Shown: positions 37,665 through 46,013 of the stretch, in pieces
Position numbering within the stretch: position 1 is the first letter of the stretch
How the letters are laid out: each line of letters opens with the position of its first letter
Assembly (NCBI GenBank): GCA_964515195.1
Contig: CAZETK010000001.1
Span: 13,126-77,125, forward strand
Direction: 5' to 3'
Source: an uncultured Pseudobdellovibrionaceae bacterium
GTDB lineage: Bacteria > Bdellovibrionota > Bdellovibrionia > Bdellovibrionales > Bdellovibrionaceae
Length of the DNA stretch: 64,000 nucleotides
Translations under genes and position numbers: made by a program
The notes under the pieces: generated by a model
What the model was told of the DNA's origin: nothing
Databases searched by the model: none
Seen by the model: only the letters and a program-made list of their open reading frames with translations

Positions 37665-38693
37665 TTAATCGCAGCTCGAATCGTGGGTGTCGACTATTGT
37701 ATCGTACTTGGATCTGCAGCTCTCCCAGACCTTGTACGAAAAAGAATGTAAGGATCCATAAAAATCTTTTTTGGGTCCCTTCATAAAGTCGATATAATCT
37801 TTTTTATCTTTTGGACTAATAGTTTTCTTAAAGTTCCTCGAAAAGGCTCCAGTAGAGACCAAATCGGCTATCTTCTTCTTGTTGCGCCAAAAATAAGGCT
37901 CATTCTCATTGAACACGTTATGACCGCTCTCCCCATTTAATAGTCGAAAAAGATCCAATGCGATCTTACAAGTTTCATCGTTCTTAAATTTTACGGCAAA
38001 TTCCTTAGGAACATACACATCGTGAATAGTGCCTGGCCCGCAGTCAATAGCTGCGTTAGGTTTTTCCGCCACCTTTACGTAGTCTTGAATTTTTATATTT
38101 AACTCCTCGCCAATGGATTTAAGTAGTTTATCTTCACCATCAGCAATAAAAAATCCAATATTTTCTTCGCGTGATCTTTTTAGCTCTTTAAGAGCTATCA
38201 TTAAATATTTTTTCCTTTCAGAATCATTTTTAGGAAAAGACCTGCCAAGTGCAGCAACAATACTGCTTCTCATATATTCAAGAGGGAGCTTACTAAAACT
38301 TCTTGATACTTCCCTATTAGCAAAAAAGGGGATTAGATATTTTTCGATATTTTCTTGGCTGTTCCCAATTACATAGATATCGAAACGTACTTCTGCATCT
38401 CCTTCTCCCAAGCACTTTATCTCTTTATAGGTTTTTTCTTCTAAGATACTTTTTAGTAGTTTCACATATTCTATAGGAAACTGTTTTTCAGGAACCGCTT
38501 TGAGTTGGGTTATTAATGTTTTGATTTTCTCTTTATGATCACACCAACTGACAGTCTCTTCCATAGATGCAATCGCTTGTATGCGCAATTTCCGCAATTG
38601 CGCGTCGTCTGTTTTCTGAGTGCCTTGTCCCAAACCCTCTCCAGACCAAAGGATGATCCCAAAAAAGAACATGATAAACGGCAAAACACGCAT
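37665..38693 (-). CDS. hypothetical secreted protein (orphan, AT-rich gene)
   Basis: 342-aa ORF with signal peptide MRVLPFIMFFFGIILWSGEGLG. No motif recognised. Confidence 0.55.
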   Translation of the reverse strand: MRVLPFIMFFFGIILWSGEGLGQGTQKTDDAQLRKLRIQAIASMEETVSWCDHKEKIKTLITQLKAVPEKQFPIEYVKLLKSILEEKTYKEIKCLGEGDAEVRFDIYVIGNSQENIEKYLIPFFANREVSRSFSKLPLEYMRSSIVAALGRSFPKNDSERKKYLMIALKELKRSREENIGFFIADGEDKLLKSIGEELNIKIQDYVKVAEKPNAAIDCGPGTIHDVYVPKEFAVKFKNDETCKIALDLFRLLNGESGHNVFNENEPYFWRNKKKIADLVSTGAFSRNFKKTISPKDKKDYIDFMKGPKKDFYGSLHSFSYKVWESCRSKYDTIVDTHDSSCD

Positions 38694-38717
38694 ATCCTTA
38701 CTCCTTACATATTATAA

Positions 38718-39458
38718 CTAAAAAGCAATTTGATCTAAGTTCGCATCGTCTTTCAAGCCCAGCTTGTCTTCAAGGAGTTTTTCCACATACGCAGCTTCAT
38801 TCATATCCCGCACTTTGCATAGACGAATCAAATTTCCATTTTTTAGTTTGAGACTTACGTAGTGTTTGAAGACTTTTCGACCGTTCTCTGTGCCATTCTT
38901 GGCTCTCTCGAGAGAGAAGTTTGCAATATCTGCCACATCAACAACCTTTCTCGTTCTCAACGAAAACGGCTTTGTCCAAAATGTTACCTTGTCATCTTTC
39001 AATAGGATCGTGGTTGTATTGAATAATTCGCAGAGGGCTGTATAGATCCACCATAGACCTATAAAAGAGAATACCGCGGCTAGCGTTGCGGGATTGATTG
39101 ATCCAATTTGTATCCGAGTACCCTCCGCAAAAATGAGACTGTAGCTCGTTGACCCCATAATACAACTCCAGATTATGGCATATGGAATTGTGGACTCGGA
39201 TAATTTTGTAAACCACCTAATATCAACTCTGAACTCTGATCCACGGTCAATCACTTTCACTTGGGAAGTAGTTACGGCCTTGGATTTATCAAATTTAAAT
39301 GGAGCTGCAGGCCTATTTGTTTTGATGGTCTTATGACACCTTGGACATTCGAACTCACCCCTTACCTGGGCATTTTGAAGATCTTTTATTTTCAATTGAT
39401 ACCTGCAATTAGGACATTTCAACTTCGCGAGTCGCAGGATAAAGTCTTCAATCCCCAT
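38718..39458 (-). CDS. hypothetical membrane protein with N-terminal zinc ribbon
   Basis: CPNC..(20 aa)..CPRC, then two predicted TM helices (IPYAIIWSCIMGSTSYSLIF, LAAVFSFIGLWWIYTAL) and a charged C-terminal domain. Confidence 0.55.
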   Translation of the reverse strand: MGIEDFILRLAKLKCPNCRYQLKIKDLQNAQVRGEFECPRCHKTIKTNRPAAPFKFDKSKAVTTSQVKVIDRGSEFRVDIRWFTKLSESTIPYAIIWSCIMGSTSYSLIFAEGTRIQIGSINPATLAAVFSFIGLWWIYTALCELFNTTTILLKDDKVTFWTKPFSLRTRKVVDVADIANFSLERAKNGTENGRKVFKHYVSLKLKNGNLIRLCKVRDMNEAAYVEKLLEDKLGLKDDANLDQIAF

Positions 39459-39547
39459 ATAGCCCCCTTAACTCAGTTCTTATCGGCTGACTTTTTTCGA
39501 TTTGTGAGCAAGGCTAAGATTAGCTAAGAAATAACCTGGGGCCATAT

Positions 39548-39792
39548 TCAGTTTTTCGGACGTTGGCAAGCCATGAGTCTCAAAATGGTATGTTCAAGGC
39601 GATTGTACGGAGGCTTTGGGATATTCATTTCATTCAGGAGTTTATAAAAAGTTGTGAGAGGGTGGATATCAGGATGGCTGGTAGCACTTGTGGATTTGCT
39701 TAGAGTCTTTGCGCACCACACGGGATTGGCTAGAGCTGATCCGGCCATGAGGGTCCACAGGGCCAAAAGCAATTAAAAAGACGAAGCATCAT
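39548..39792 (-). pseudogene. small secreted protein gene interrupted by a frameshift in a T5 run
   Basis: GGAGG (39801-39797) plus ATGATG (39792-39787) open MMLRLF, which then hits a frame change at CTTTTTAA. The track ORF (TTG 39772) continues LLALWTLMAGSALA, so the two parts together form one signal peptide. Confidence 0.4.
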
Positions 39793-39925
39793 AATTCCTC
39801 CAATTTGTACGGATTGAGGGTGTGCAATTGATATGACAGCTCGATCATCATTCAGCTTTTGTTGGAACGGGCCCCGACCCAAAATGACAGTGGGTTGTTA
39901 GAAATCTAGGTACTTTTTCTCGAAA

Positions 39926-40429
39926 TTACCAGTCTTTTCGCTCCCGGATGATCTTTCCATCTGAAGCGTTGACCGTGTATTCCATCTTTTTGCCGTCTTC
40001 CGTACCCTCAAACTCGTAGACCCAGCCTGACGCCAGGGATTTATCGAACTCCCACTCGCCCGTGATGGTTTTTCCCGCCTTCTTAAGCGAGTCCACTGCA
40101 CCCGCCAATGGAACCCTGCCTTCGCCCGGGGTAAAGACATCTCCGGTTTGAGCCGCATCGCCCGAGGCCTCTTCGAGGGCGCCCTCACTGTTAAATTCGA
40201 TTTCGATGGCGGTATTTTGTGGTGTCAGAACCTCGAACTCGTTTTCTTCTTCAGAAACGACTTTGGAATTGGGAACAAGCTGGGCGATCTTCTCTTTGGA
40301 GGCCCAGACGTTTGAGCTTAATGTTAATGCTCCAATAATCAATAGTGACTTATGTAATCGACAATCCAGGGGAACCTCCTTATTGCTCTTAATGTCAACA
40401 GTATGAACCTTCGGCGATTCCGTGGCCAT
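39926..40429 (-). CDS. PepSY-like (beta-lactamase-inhibitor-like) secreted protein
   Basis: C-terminus GEWEFDKSLASGWVYEFEGTEDGKKMEYTVNASDGKIIRE. Signal-like HKSLLIIGALTLSSNVWA. The start is uncertain: ATG 40429, or CTG 40369 five nt after a strong AAGGAGG. The track extension to 40699 is rejected. Confidence 0.55.
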   Translation of the reverse strand: MATESPKVHTVDIKSNKEVPLDCRLHKSLLIIGALTLSSNVWASKEKIAQLVPNSKVVSEEENEFEVLTPQNTAIEIEFNSEGALEEASGDAAQTGDVFTPGEGRVPLAGAVDSLKKAGKTITGEWEFDKSLASGWVYEFEGTEDGKKMEYTVNASDGKIIRERKDW

Positions 40430-40725
40430 CTGTCTTCTAGCACTATATACATTCTGCTTTGTGTTCTTATTCATTTCGATTATGTCCCATTTAGAGGTGA
40501 TCCATTTAGCAAGAGATGTTTCGTATCCAATATTCTTAGAGTTCATATTCCAGAATGGGCCGACTGGCGGTTGATAATTCAACCAAGGGGCAAGGCTTAG
40601 GAAAACTCCTATTGGTCGATGCGATGAAGTGGGTTCAATCTGCTTCTGCCGATGTTGGCGTTTACGCGCTTCTGGTCGATGCAAAGGATGATTCCGCAAA
40701 AACCTTCTATAAAAAGTATCTTTAA
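40403..40725 (+). pseudogene. remnant of a TacT/KacT-like GNAT toxin gene
   Basis: Frame from 40540 reads GRLAVDNSTKGQGLGKLLLVDAMKWVQSASADVGVYALLVDAKDDSAKTFYKKYL*. The preceding ..NILRVHIP is in another frame (ORF 40403-40600). Confidence 0.45.
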
Positions 40726-41011
40726 ACTTCCTATTCCCCTCGGATGACCAGAATAGCTAAGAATGACAACCGACACACCTTTTCTTCAACCAACTTGATG
40801 ATGCTGACAAATATTGTGCTATTTTGAACTCTAATCCCTAAATTGATGTCAACATCGGGTTGCTCACTTCAAACTACTAGTATTCGGATATTTCCCGTGC
40901 TTTATCACTTTATGATGTATTGCCCTTTTGACAGGAGATCCACTCATGTCCATTGACAGCATCAACAGCGTGATCACTTTCGCCTTCGTTGGGTTCTTCC
41001 CGATTCAAGGG

Positions 41012-41063
41012 GTAGAAGTAGTTCCGTAGTTCCGTAGAACCGTAGAACCGAACCCGTAGAACC
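41012..41063. repeat. 8-bp tandem repeat array (GTAGTTCC x2, GTAGAACC x3, with degenerate units)
   Basis: GTAG recurs at 41012, 41018, 41026, 41034, 41042 and 41056. The array is followed by ACCGTTTTGCT (41061-41071), which also occurs at 46115-46125. Confidence 0.8.
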
Positions 41064-41083
41064 GTTTTGCTTTGGGATTTTCG

Positions 41084-41123
41084 AAAAAAAATTGGTCGGT
41101 TAACCTGTAAAAACGCTAACCGA
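41084..41123 (-). terminator. rho-independent terminator downstream of the integrase remnant
   Basis: On the minus strand the stem TCGGTTA / TAACCGA (41123-41117 and 41102-41096) is followed by CCAA plus T8 (plus-strand A run 41084-41091). Confidence 0.55.
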
Positions 41124-41181
41124 CCGTAACTCCTAGTATAATCAGTACCCGTGCTACTACATGCTACCACTTTTAAAGAGC

Positions 41182-41691
41182 CTATTTTTTCCACAGAGAC
41201 ACAACATTATCCAGGTTTTCCTCTATCTGAGGGACTTGGATATTAAGTGAATCAGTCGCTCCTTCAACGTCTTTTCCCGAAAGCCGTAAATAGCCCTGGG
41301 TTGTTTTCAAGGAGGAATGCCCAACAATCGCCATAACCTTAGATAAGGGAACGCCATTATTTAGCATCTGTGTAATGAATGTGGCTCTTAGGTCGTGAAA
41401 CTTTACCGGCGTAATACCGATTTCCTCGCAGAAGCCTTTTAATACTTGGGCTTGTTGTCCTTGGTCCCATTCCCATAACCTGGGAAGGACAAATTCGGAC
41501 TTGGCCGAGTATTTCAATTTAAGCTCTTCAAGGAATCTCCTGCATTCACCAGATATTGGATAAACCCGGTTCTTTGCTGTCTTCGTAGGTCCTTCGCCGT
41601 TTCTCTTCGTCCAAGCCTTGCTAATGTTGATCCTACCTGTAACAAGATCAACATCGGTCCAGCGTAGACTATAAAGCTCGCCGGAGCGCAT
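41182..41691 (-). pseudogene. 5'-truncated tyrosine recombinase (phage-integrase family, catalytic domain only)
   Basis: Starts inside box I (M)RSGELYSLRWTDVD and contains FHDLRATF and GHSSLKTTQGYL (R..HxxR..Y). The arm-binding and core-binding N-terminal domains are absent. Confidence 0.75.
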
Positions 41692-41694
41692 AAG

Positions 41695-41876
41695 CGACCC
41701 GAGTTTTGAGATACAGGAACCGTCTTTGCAAAGAATGAATCCTTACAAGTTACTCCTGGAACTGGGAATATATCTACTGCATTCCTTCCGTAAAGTGCTT
41801 TAACTTGTTTCTGTGCGTGTCTTACTGTCGCAGTTGAAGCGATAATTTTGGCTTTTATTTTCTTGCCGCCAATCAT
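41695..41876 (-). pseudogene. internal fragment of a large DEAD/DEAH helicase (DrmA-like, tentative)
   Basis: KIIASTATVRHAQKQVKALYGRNAVDIFPVPGVTCKDSFFAKTVPVSQNSGRL shows the helicase motif III (SAT) region. This frame runs out of frame into the integrase remnant, so the track ORF 41514-41876 is chimeric. Confidence 0.45.
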
Positions 41877-41878
41877 TC

Positions 41879-42787
41879 GTGATGAAAGTTCATCAACGGC
41901 AGTTTCATAAAGGCCAGCCGCTTAAGGTCTTGTGGGAAAAGGAACTAGATAAGCAGTTTGTTGACGATAACTGGGCTGATCTTTCTGCTCGTGCGTTTGA
42001 TGACCCAAAAGTCTTTTCAGCTTTCTATCATAATCTTAATTGGAACTCGATCACTTCAACTGACCCAGAGCTTTTCCAGGCACCATTCAGGTCAGGAATC
42101 AAGATTGAGCCATATCAGCTTGAACCACTTTGGAAAGCTCTTAAGCTTCCAAGGGTAAATCTTTTTATCGCCGATGACGTGGGTCTTGGTAAAACTATTG
42201 AAGCAGGGTTGATTGCCAGGGAACTTCTTATTCGCAAAAAAGCAAAAGACATTGTGGTATTTGCGCCACCATCAATGTTGTATCAATGGAAAGAGGAACT
42301 TGAAAATAGATTCGGTCTTGTCTTCGAAATCATGGACAAGAAATATATCGCTAAAATTCGTCAAGAACGTGGCTGGGCTGTAAATCCTTGGGAAACTCAT
42401 TCACGCTTTTTAGTTTCGCACAGGATGTTAATTGACGATGAATTCACTTCTTTGCTTCGTGATTGGCTTACAGAGTTTAGAGGTCGTTCACTCTTAATCT
42501 TAGATGAAGCTCACCATGCTGCTCCAGCAAGTGATGGAGTCTATGCAGTAGAAAGTCAGTTTACAAAAGCAATAAGAGATTTATCTCCTAGGTTTGAACA
42601 TAGATTGTTTCTTTCGGCTACTCCGCATAATGGACATCCAAATAGCTTTAACCCGCGATCAAATTCTCAGTATCATGATTTTTGCGAGCGACAATATGTT
42701 TGCCTTTCCGCTTCGTCTGGAACGAGCGCGACTAAGGAAAATGAGGCCATTGGTAAAAAGAATTGTTGGTTTAAAAAAGAGACTTGA
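41879..42787 (+). pseudogene. truncated SNF2-family helicase (DISARM DrmD-like); homology ends near 42655
   Basis: FRSGIKIEPYQLEPLWKALKLPRVNLFIADDVGLGKTIEAGLIAREL (motif I), LLILDEAHHAAP (motif II), LFLSATPHNGHPNSF (motif III), then unrelated sequence to the stop. No helicase C-terminal lobe. Confidence 0.6.
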
Positions 42788-42950
42788 AAGTGACTTGAAT
42801 AAATCATTCAAACGCGACCACGCTATGTATACTCTGATTGGCTGGGATCAATTTATAGAATCCGTAAATAGGCTCGATCGCGCATCTGAAAAGTGGTCGC
42901 GAGATATTATTTCACCGACAATCGCAAAAGAAGCTGGGAGAACTGTATGA
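42741..42950 (+). CDS. hypothetical small protein (69 aa), first gene of a coupled triplet
   Basis: MRPLVKRIVGLKKRLESDL... The stop TGA (42948-42950) overlaps the next ATG (42947-42949). The start is uncertain; the track ORF begins at 42594 inside the DrmD remnant. Confidence 0.4.
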   Translation: MRPLVKRIVGLKKRLESDLNKSFKRDHAMYTLIGWDQFIESVNRLDRASEKWSRDIISPTIAKEAGRTV

Positions 42951-43216
42951 CTTTCACATCACATGCAGAAACAAGATGCTCTCAAAGAGGTATTTCAATA
43001 CAGTCTCTTCAACTCGTCTATAGATACGGTGAAGAGCGCCGCAGAGGCGGAGCAATTGAAATGTTAATTACGGATCGTGCAGCGGCCAACGCAATTAGCG
43101 AACTGAAGAACGAAATAAAGCTGATTGAAAAGATGAAAAACAAATCCTTTGTTGTGGATGGAGAAACTGTAATCACCACGTTTCACTCTTTCGAAAAGTG
43201 GAAGCGAGATTTGTAA
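42947..43216 (+). CDS. DUF4258 domain protein (BECR-fold toxin-like)
   Basis: MTFTSHAETRCSQRGISIQSLQLVYRYGE matches the DUF4258 sHAxxRxxqRgI motif. 89 aa. ATGA and TAATG overlaps with both neighbours. Confidence 0.6.
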   Translation: MTFTSHAETRCSQRGISIQSLQLVYRYGEERRRGGAIEMLITDRAAANAISELKNEIKLIEKMKNKSFVVDGETVITTFHSFEKWKRDL

Positions 43217-43491
43217 TGAATGCGTTTCAAGAATTAAAAAAAGTAGGAATAAAGTCCAAACGGACGCATGATTTTGGAGAGGTAATACCAATTTCAAGGA
43301 ATCAAAAGGGAGATTGGTTTTTCTGCATAATGAACGGATTTCATAGCGATGATGAAAGAATATTTTTGCCGCTCAGCCAATTGCCGATTCTCAAGGAGAC
43401 CCTTAATAAATATCAGTTGCAAGACAACGAGCTTCGACTTCTCGGAGGAAGAGTTTTTATTGGTCAGAATGGCGTGTTTCGTAAGAAATAG
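43216..43491 (+). CDS. hypothetical small protein (91 aa), third gene of the triplet
   Basis: ATG 43216 shares its A with the preceding TAA (43214-43216). No recognised motif. Confidence 0.45.
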   Translation: MNAFQELKKVGIKSKRTHDFGEVIPISRNQKGDWFFCIMNGFHSDDERIFLPLSQLPILKETLNKYQLQDNELRLLGGRVFIGQNGVFRKK

Positions 43492-43646
43492 CTTGGCAGA
43501 AAGGACCAGCGAAGTAATATCTATCCCTAAGTAAGTTTTCTGAAACCTATGGTAGCGTTCAAGTATGCCGGCGCAAAAATTACATGAGCCAGCTACTCGG
43601 TTCCGATATTGGTATTACTATTTCCTAGAATCAGCAGGATAAAATC

Positions 43647-43773
43647 TTTTAGCCTCCTCCGGGAAAACCGAAATAGGCTTCAATCAACCTTCAGAACTTG
43701 TTTGGAAGCTTGCTGAGCTTGATCCCAGCAAGCCTTTGAGTTCTCAATTAAAATTAAACAGGTACCTGAATTT
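43647..43773. repeat. direct repeat copy 1 (segments A1 43647-43740 and B1 43741-43773, contiguous)
   Basis: A1 matches 45836-45930 (about 10 differences in 95 nt, by eye). B1 matches 46178-46210 (1 mismatch). Copy 1 carries a frameshifted 3' fragment of the 45810-46013 small ORF. Confidence 0.8.
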
Positions 43774-43976
43774 CAGCTGCAAGAAATTTAATTCTGAAAG
43801 AAGACCGTATGTCTTCTGCCTATTGGCAAAACAGAAGTTCTAAAGGTTATTATTAGAAATATTACTGTCTTTCAACAAAATATTGTCGGCTCTAAATTTG
43901 CAGATTTCATCACGAGGCTGGAATTACTTGGCTTCCAATATTTGGAAGAGGAAATTATCACTACTGAGGTAGGAAG

Positions 43977-45275
43977 ATGGCGAAGCAGTTCGATGAAACC
44001 TTTCAATCTAAAAGCAGAAAGCCTGATGTTTCAAAGGCAGTGCCCGCTGATGCGGATTGCGCAAAGATTTTAAAGTCTCAAAAAAATAAAATCATTTATT
44101 TGTTCCAAGACGAAGTCAGAAAACAAGTGCCAGGTGCTTTTGATAAAGACTCAAGTGTGATCATTAACTCATTACCAAAGTTTTTGGACTTATTAAGTGA
44201 AGCACTTGCCTGCGGTGCAAAAGTCGAAGAGGCCTATGAAATTTCTAAGATTTGCGAAGTGCACGGAAAGCAAAGAGCCTCACTTTCTAATTATACACTG
44301 GAGCAAGTCTTATTCGAATACGCAATTTTAAGACGAATTCTTCTTTCAGTTCTCCGAGAAGGAGCAGAGATCACAGTTGAAGAATCTGATGTGATCCATG
44401 AGGCCATTCAAGAAGGCATGATTCAAGCGGGGTCAGAATTCACAAAAACTCACACCAAAGTTCGTGAGCAATTTGAATCAGAGATCAAAGCGCGCCTCGC
44501 AGAGCTTAATGCCGTTAAAATCAAGGGAGCTGTCGCTGTCAATATGGATGTCACCGAAGCAAGAAAAGTCCAGCAGACATTAAGTGCGAAGAACAAAGAA
44601 CTAGATCGCTTTGCGGCCATCGCAGCCCATGATTTAAAATCACCTCTCAATTCTATCACGCAATTTACTGAGCTTCTTGCTGATCAGTACAGAGGCCGTT
44701 TTGATGAGGAGGCCGATCAGTATTTTGACTTTATTGTGAATGCTGGCCGCAGAATGAAAGATTTAATTGATAACTTGCTTGAGTTTTCTCGCGCTGGAGT
44801 GATTGACAAAGAAAAGCTCGTGCCAATTAATACACTTGAAGTGATTAGTGCTGTTAGAAAAAATTTGCTTGCAGAAATTGAGCGAACTGATGCTCGTATT
44901 ACATTTAATGCTAATTTGCCAAAAATAATGGGGAATGAATTCCAGGTCACTCAACTTTTTCAAAATCTCATCGCAAACGCCATTAAATTTCATAAGCCCC
45001 ATCAACCTCCGCTCGTTCACATCAGTTTTTCAGATGTTGGAAAGTGTTGGCGATTTAAGGTCGAAGACCAAGGCATCGGAATGGACCCTAAAAAGTCCGG
45101 AAAGATATTTGAAATCTTTAATAAGATTCACGGGCCGACTCAGCATGAAGGCTCGGGCATTGGTTTAGCTGTTTGTAAAAGAATTATTGAAGCTCATGGA
45201 GGACAGATCGACTTTGAATCTACACCAGAAGTTGGAACGGCTTTCTCATTTACCTTGCCGAAGGCCCCAGCATAA
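43977..45275 (+). CDS. cytoplasmic sensor histidine kinase (HisKA + HATPase_c; N-terminal RsbRD-like sensor domain tentative)
   Basis: H-box FAAIAAHDLKSPLNSI, N-box NLIANAIKF, G-boxes EDQGIGMD and GSGIGLAVCKRI. No TM segment. Confidence 0.8.
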   Translation: MAKQFDETFQSKSRKPDVSKAVPADADCAKILKSQKNKIIYLFQDEVRKQVPGAFDKDSSVIINSLPKFLDLLSEALACGAKVEEAYEISKICEVHGKQRASLSNYTLEQVLFEYAILRRILLSVLREGAEITVEESDVIHEAIQEGMIQAGSEFTKTHTKVREQFESEIKARLAELNAVKIKGAVAVNMDVTEARKVQQTLSAKNKELDRFAAIAAHDLKSPLNSITQFTELLADQYRGRFDEEADQYFDFIVNAGRRMKDLIDNLLEFSRAGVIDKEKLVPINTLEVISAVRKNLLAEIERTDARITFNANLPKIMGNEFQVTQLFQNLIANAIKFHKPHQPPLVHISFSDVGKCWRFKVEDQGIGMDPKKSGKIFEIFNKIHGPTQHEGSGIGLAVCKRIIEAHGGQIDFESTPEVGTAFSFTLPKAPA

Positions 45276-45295
45276 TTTTTGAAAGGAGTTTCACA

Positions 45296-45805
45296 ATGAA
45301 TCACACTCAGACAATGGACATGCCGCTAGGTCGAAAATCCATGGAACATACTCATGAAAAGGATATTTCACCTTATAAGAAGCTGTTTCTCATTAGCATT
45401 GTTCACTTCATTGTTATGTATGCTGTGATGTACACGATGGTTTATTCAGCTTCCGAAATTTTTCTAAATGTGAACAACGTCTATATGACGGGTATGATGC
45501 TAGCTCCAATGGTCCTACTGATGCCACTAACGATGAAGATGATGTATCCAAATAAAAAGCTGAACTTGTCTATATGGATTGGTTCAACAATTATATTTGT
45601 CGCTTTCTATATTTTCATGCGAACACAAGCTTTTGTCGGAGACAAGCAGTTCGTGCGCTCAATGATTCCTCACCACTCCGGTGCTGTTTTGATGTGTCAA
45701 GAAGCGAACATCGCGGACGCAGAACTTAAAAATTTGTGCGACCAAATTATCAAAAGTCAAACTAGCGAAATTGACCAGATGAAGAAAATTTTCAATCGGC
45801 TTTAA
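45296..45805 (+). CDS. DUF305 domain membrane protein
   Basis: FVRSMIPHHSGAVLMCQEA...SQTSEIDQMKKI is the DUF305 motif. Three N-terminal TM helices. Confidence 0.65.
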   Translation: MNHTQTMDMPLGRKSMEHTHEKDISPYKKLFLISIVHFIVMYAVMYTMVYSASEIFLNVNNVYMTGMMLAPMVLLMPLTMKMMYPNKKLNLSIWIGSTIIFVAFYIFMRTQAFVGDKQFVRSMIPHHSGAVLMCQEANIADAELKNLCDQIIKSQTSEIDQMKKIFNRL

Positions 45806-45809
45806 AATA

Positions 45810-46013
45810 TTAATTTGAACATTGCTGTTTAAATTTTTTAGCCTCTTCCGGGAAAACAGAAATAGGCTTCCAATCAATTTTTAGAACTTGTTTGGAGGCT
45901 TGCTGAACCTGATTCCAGCAAGCCCTTGAGGAGCAATTCTCGATCTTGGACATGGAAAAACCAAACTCAAGCAGTGCTCCTGCAATTATTAATTTAATTA
46001 AAACATCATACAT
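45810..46013 (-). CDS. hypothetical small protein (67 aa)
   Basis: Intact copy of the ORF whose 3' part is repeated at 43660-43740. Hydrophobic N-terminus and three Cys. Confidence 0.35.
   Translation of the reverse strand: MYDVLIKLIIAGALLEFGFSMSKIENCSSRACWNQVQQASKQVLKIDWKPISVFPEEAKKFKQQCSN

Noticed and set aside
40430-40699. N-terminal 90 codons of the track ORF 39926-40699
   Set aside because: A pre-signal extension is implausible. The same DNA encodes a recognisable GNAT-toxin remnant on the opposite strand.
41012-41063. CRISPR array
   Set aside because: The units are 8 bp with no spacers, so this is a simple tandem repeat. No cas genes are present in the window.
40910-41194. 94-aa minus-strand ORF
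   Set aside because: It spans the terminator and the 8-mer repeat array downstream of the integrase remnant. The product is repeat-derived (..STELRNYFYPL..), so it is not credible as a gene.
41514-41876. 120-aa ORF as a single gene
   Set aside because: It is chimeric. The first 60 residues or so are a helicase fragment, and the rest is an out-of-frame reading of the integrase remnant.
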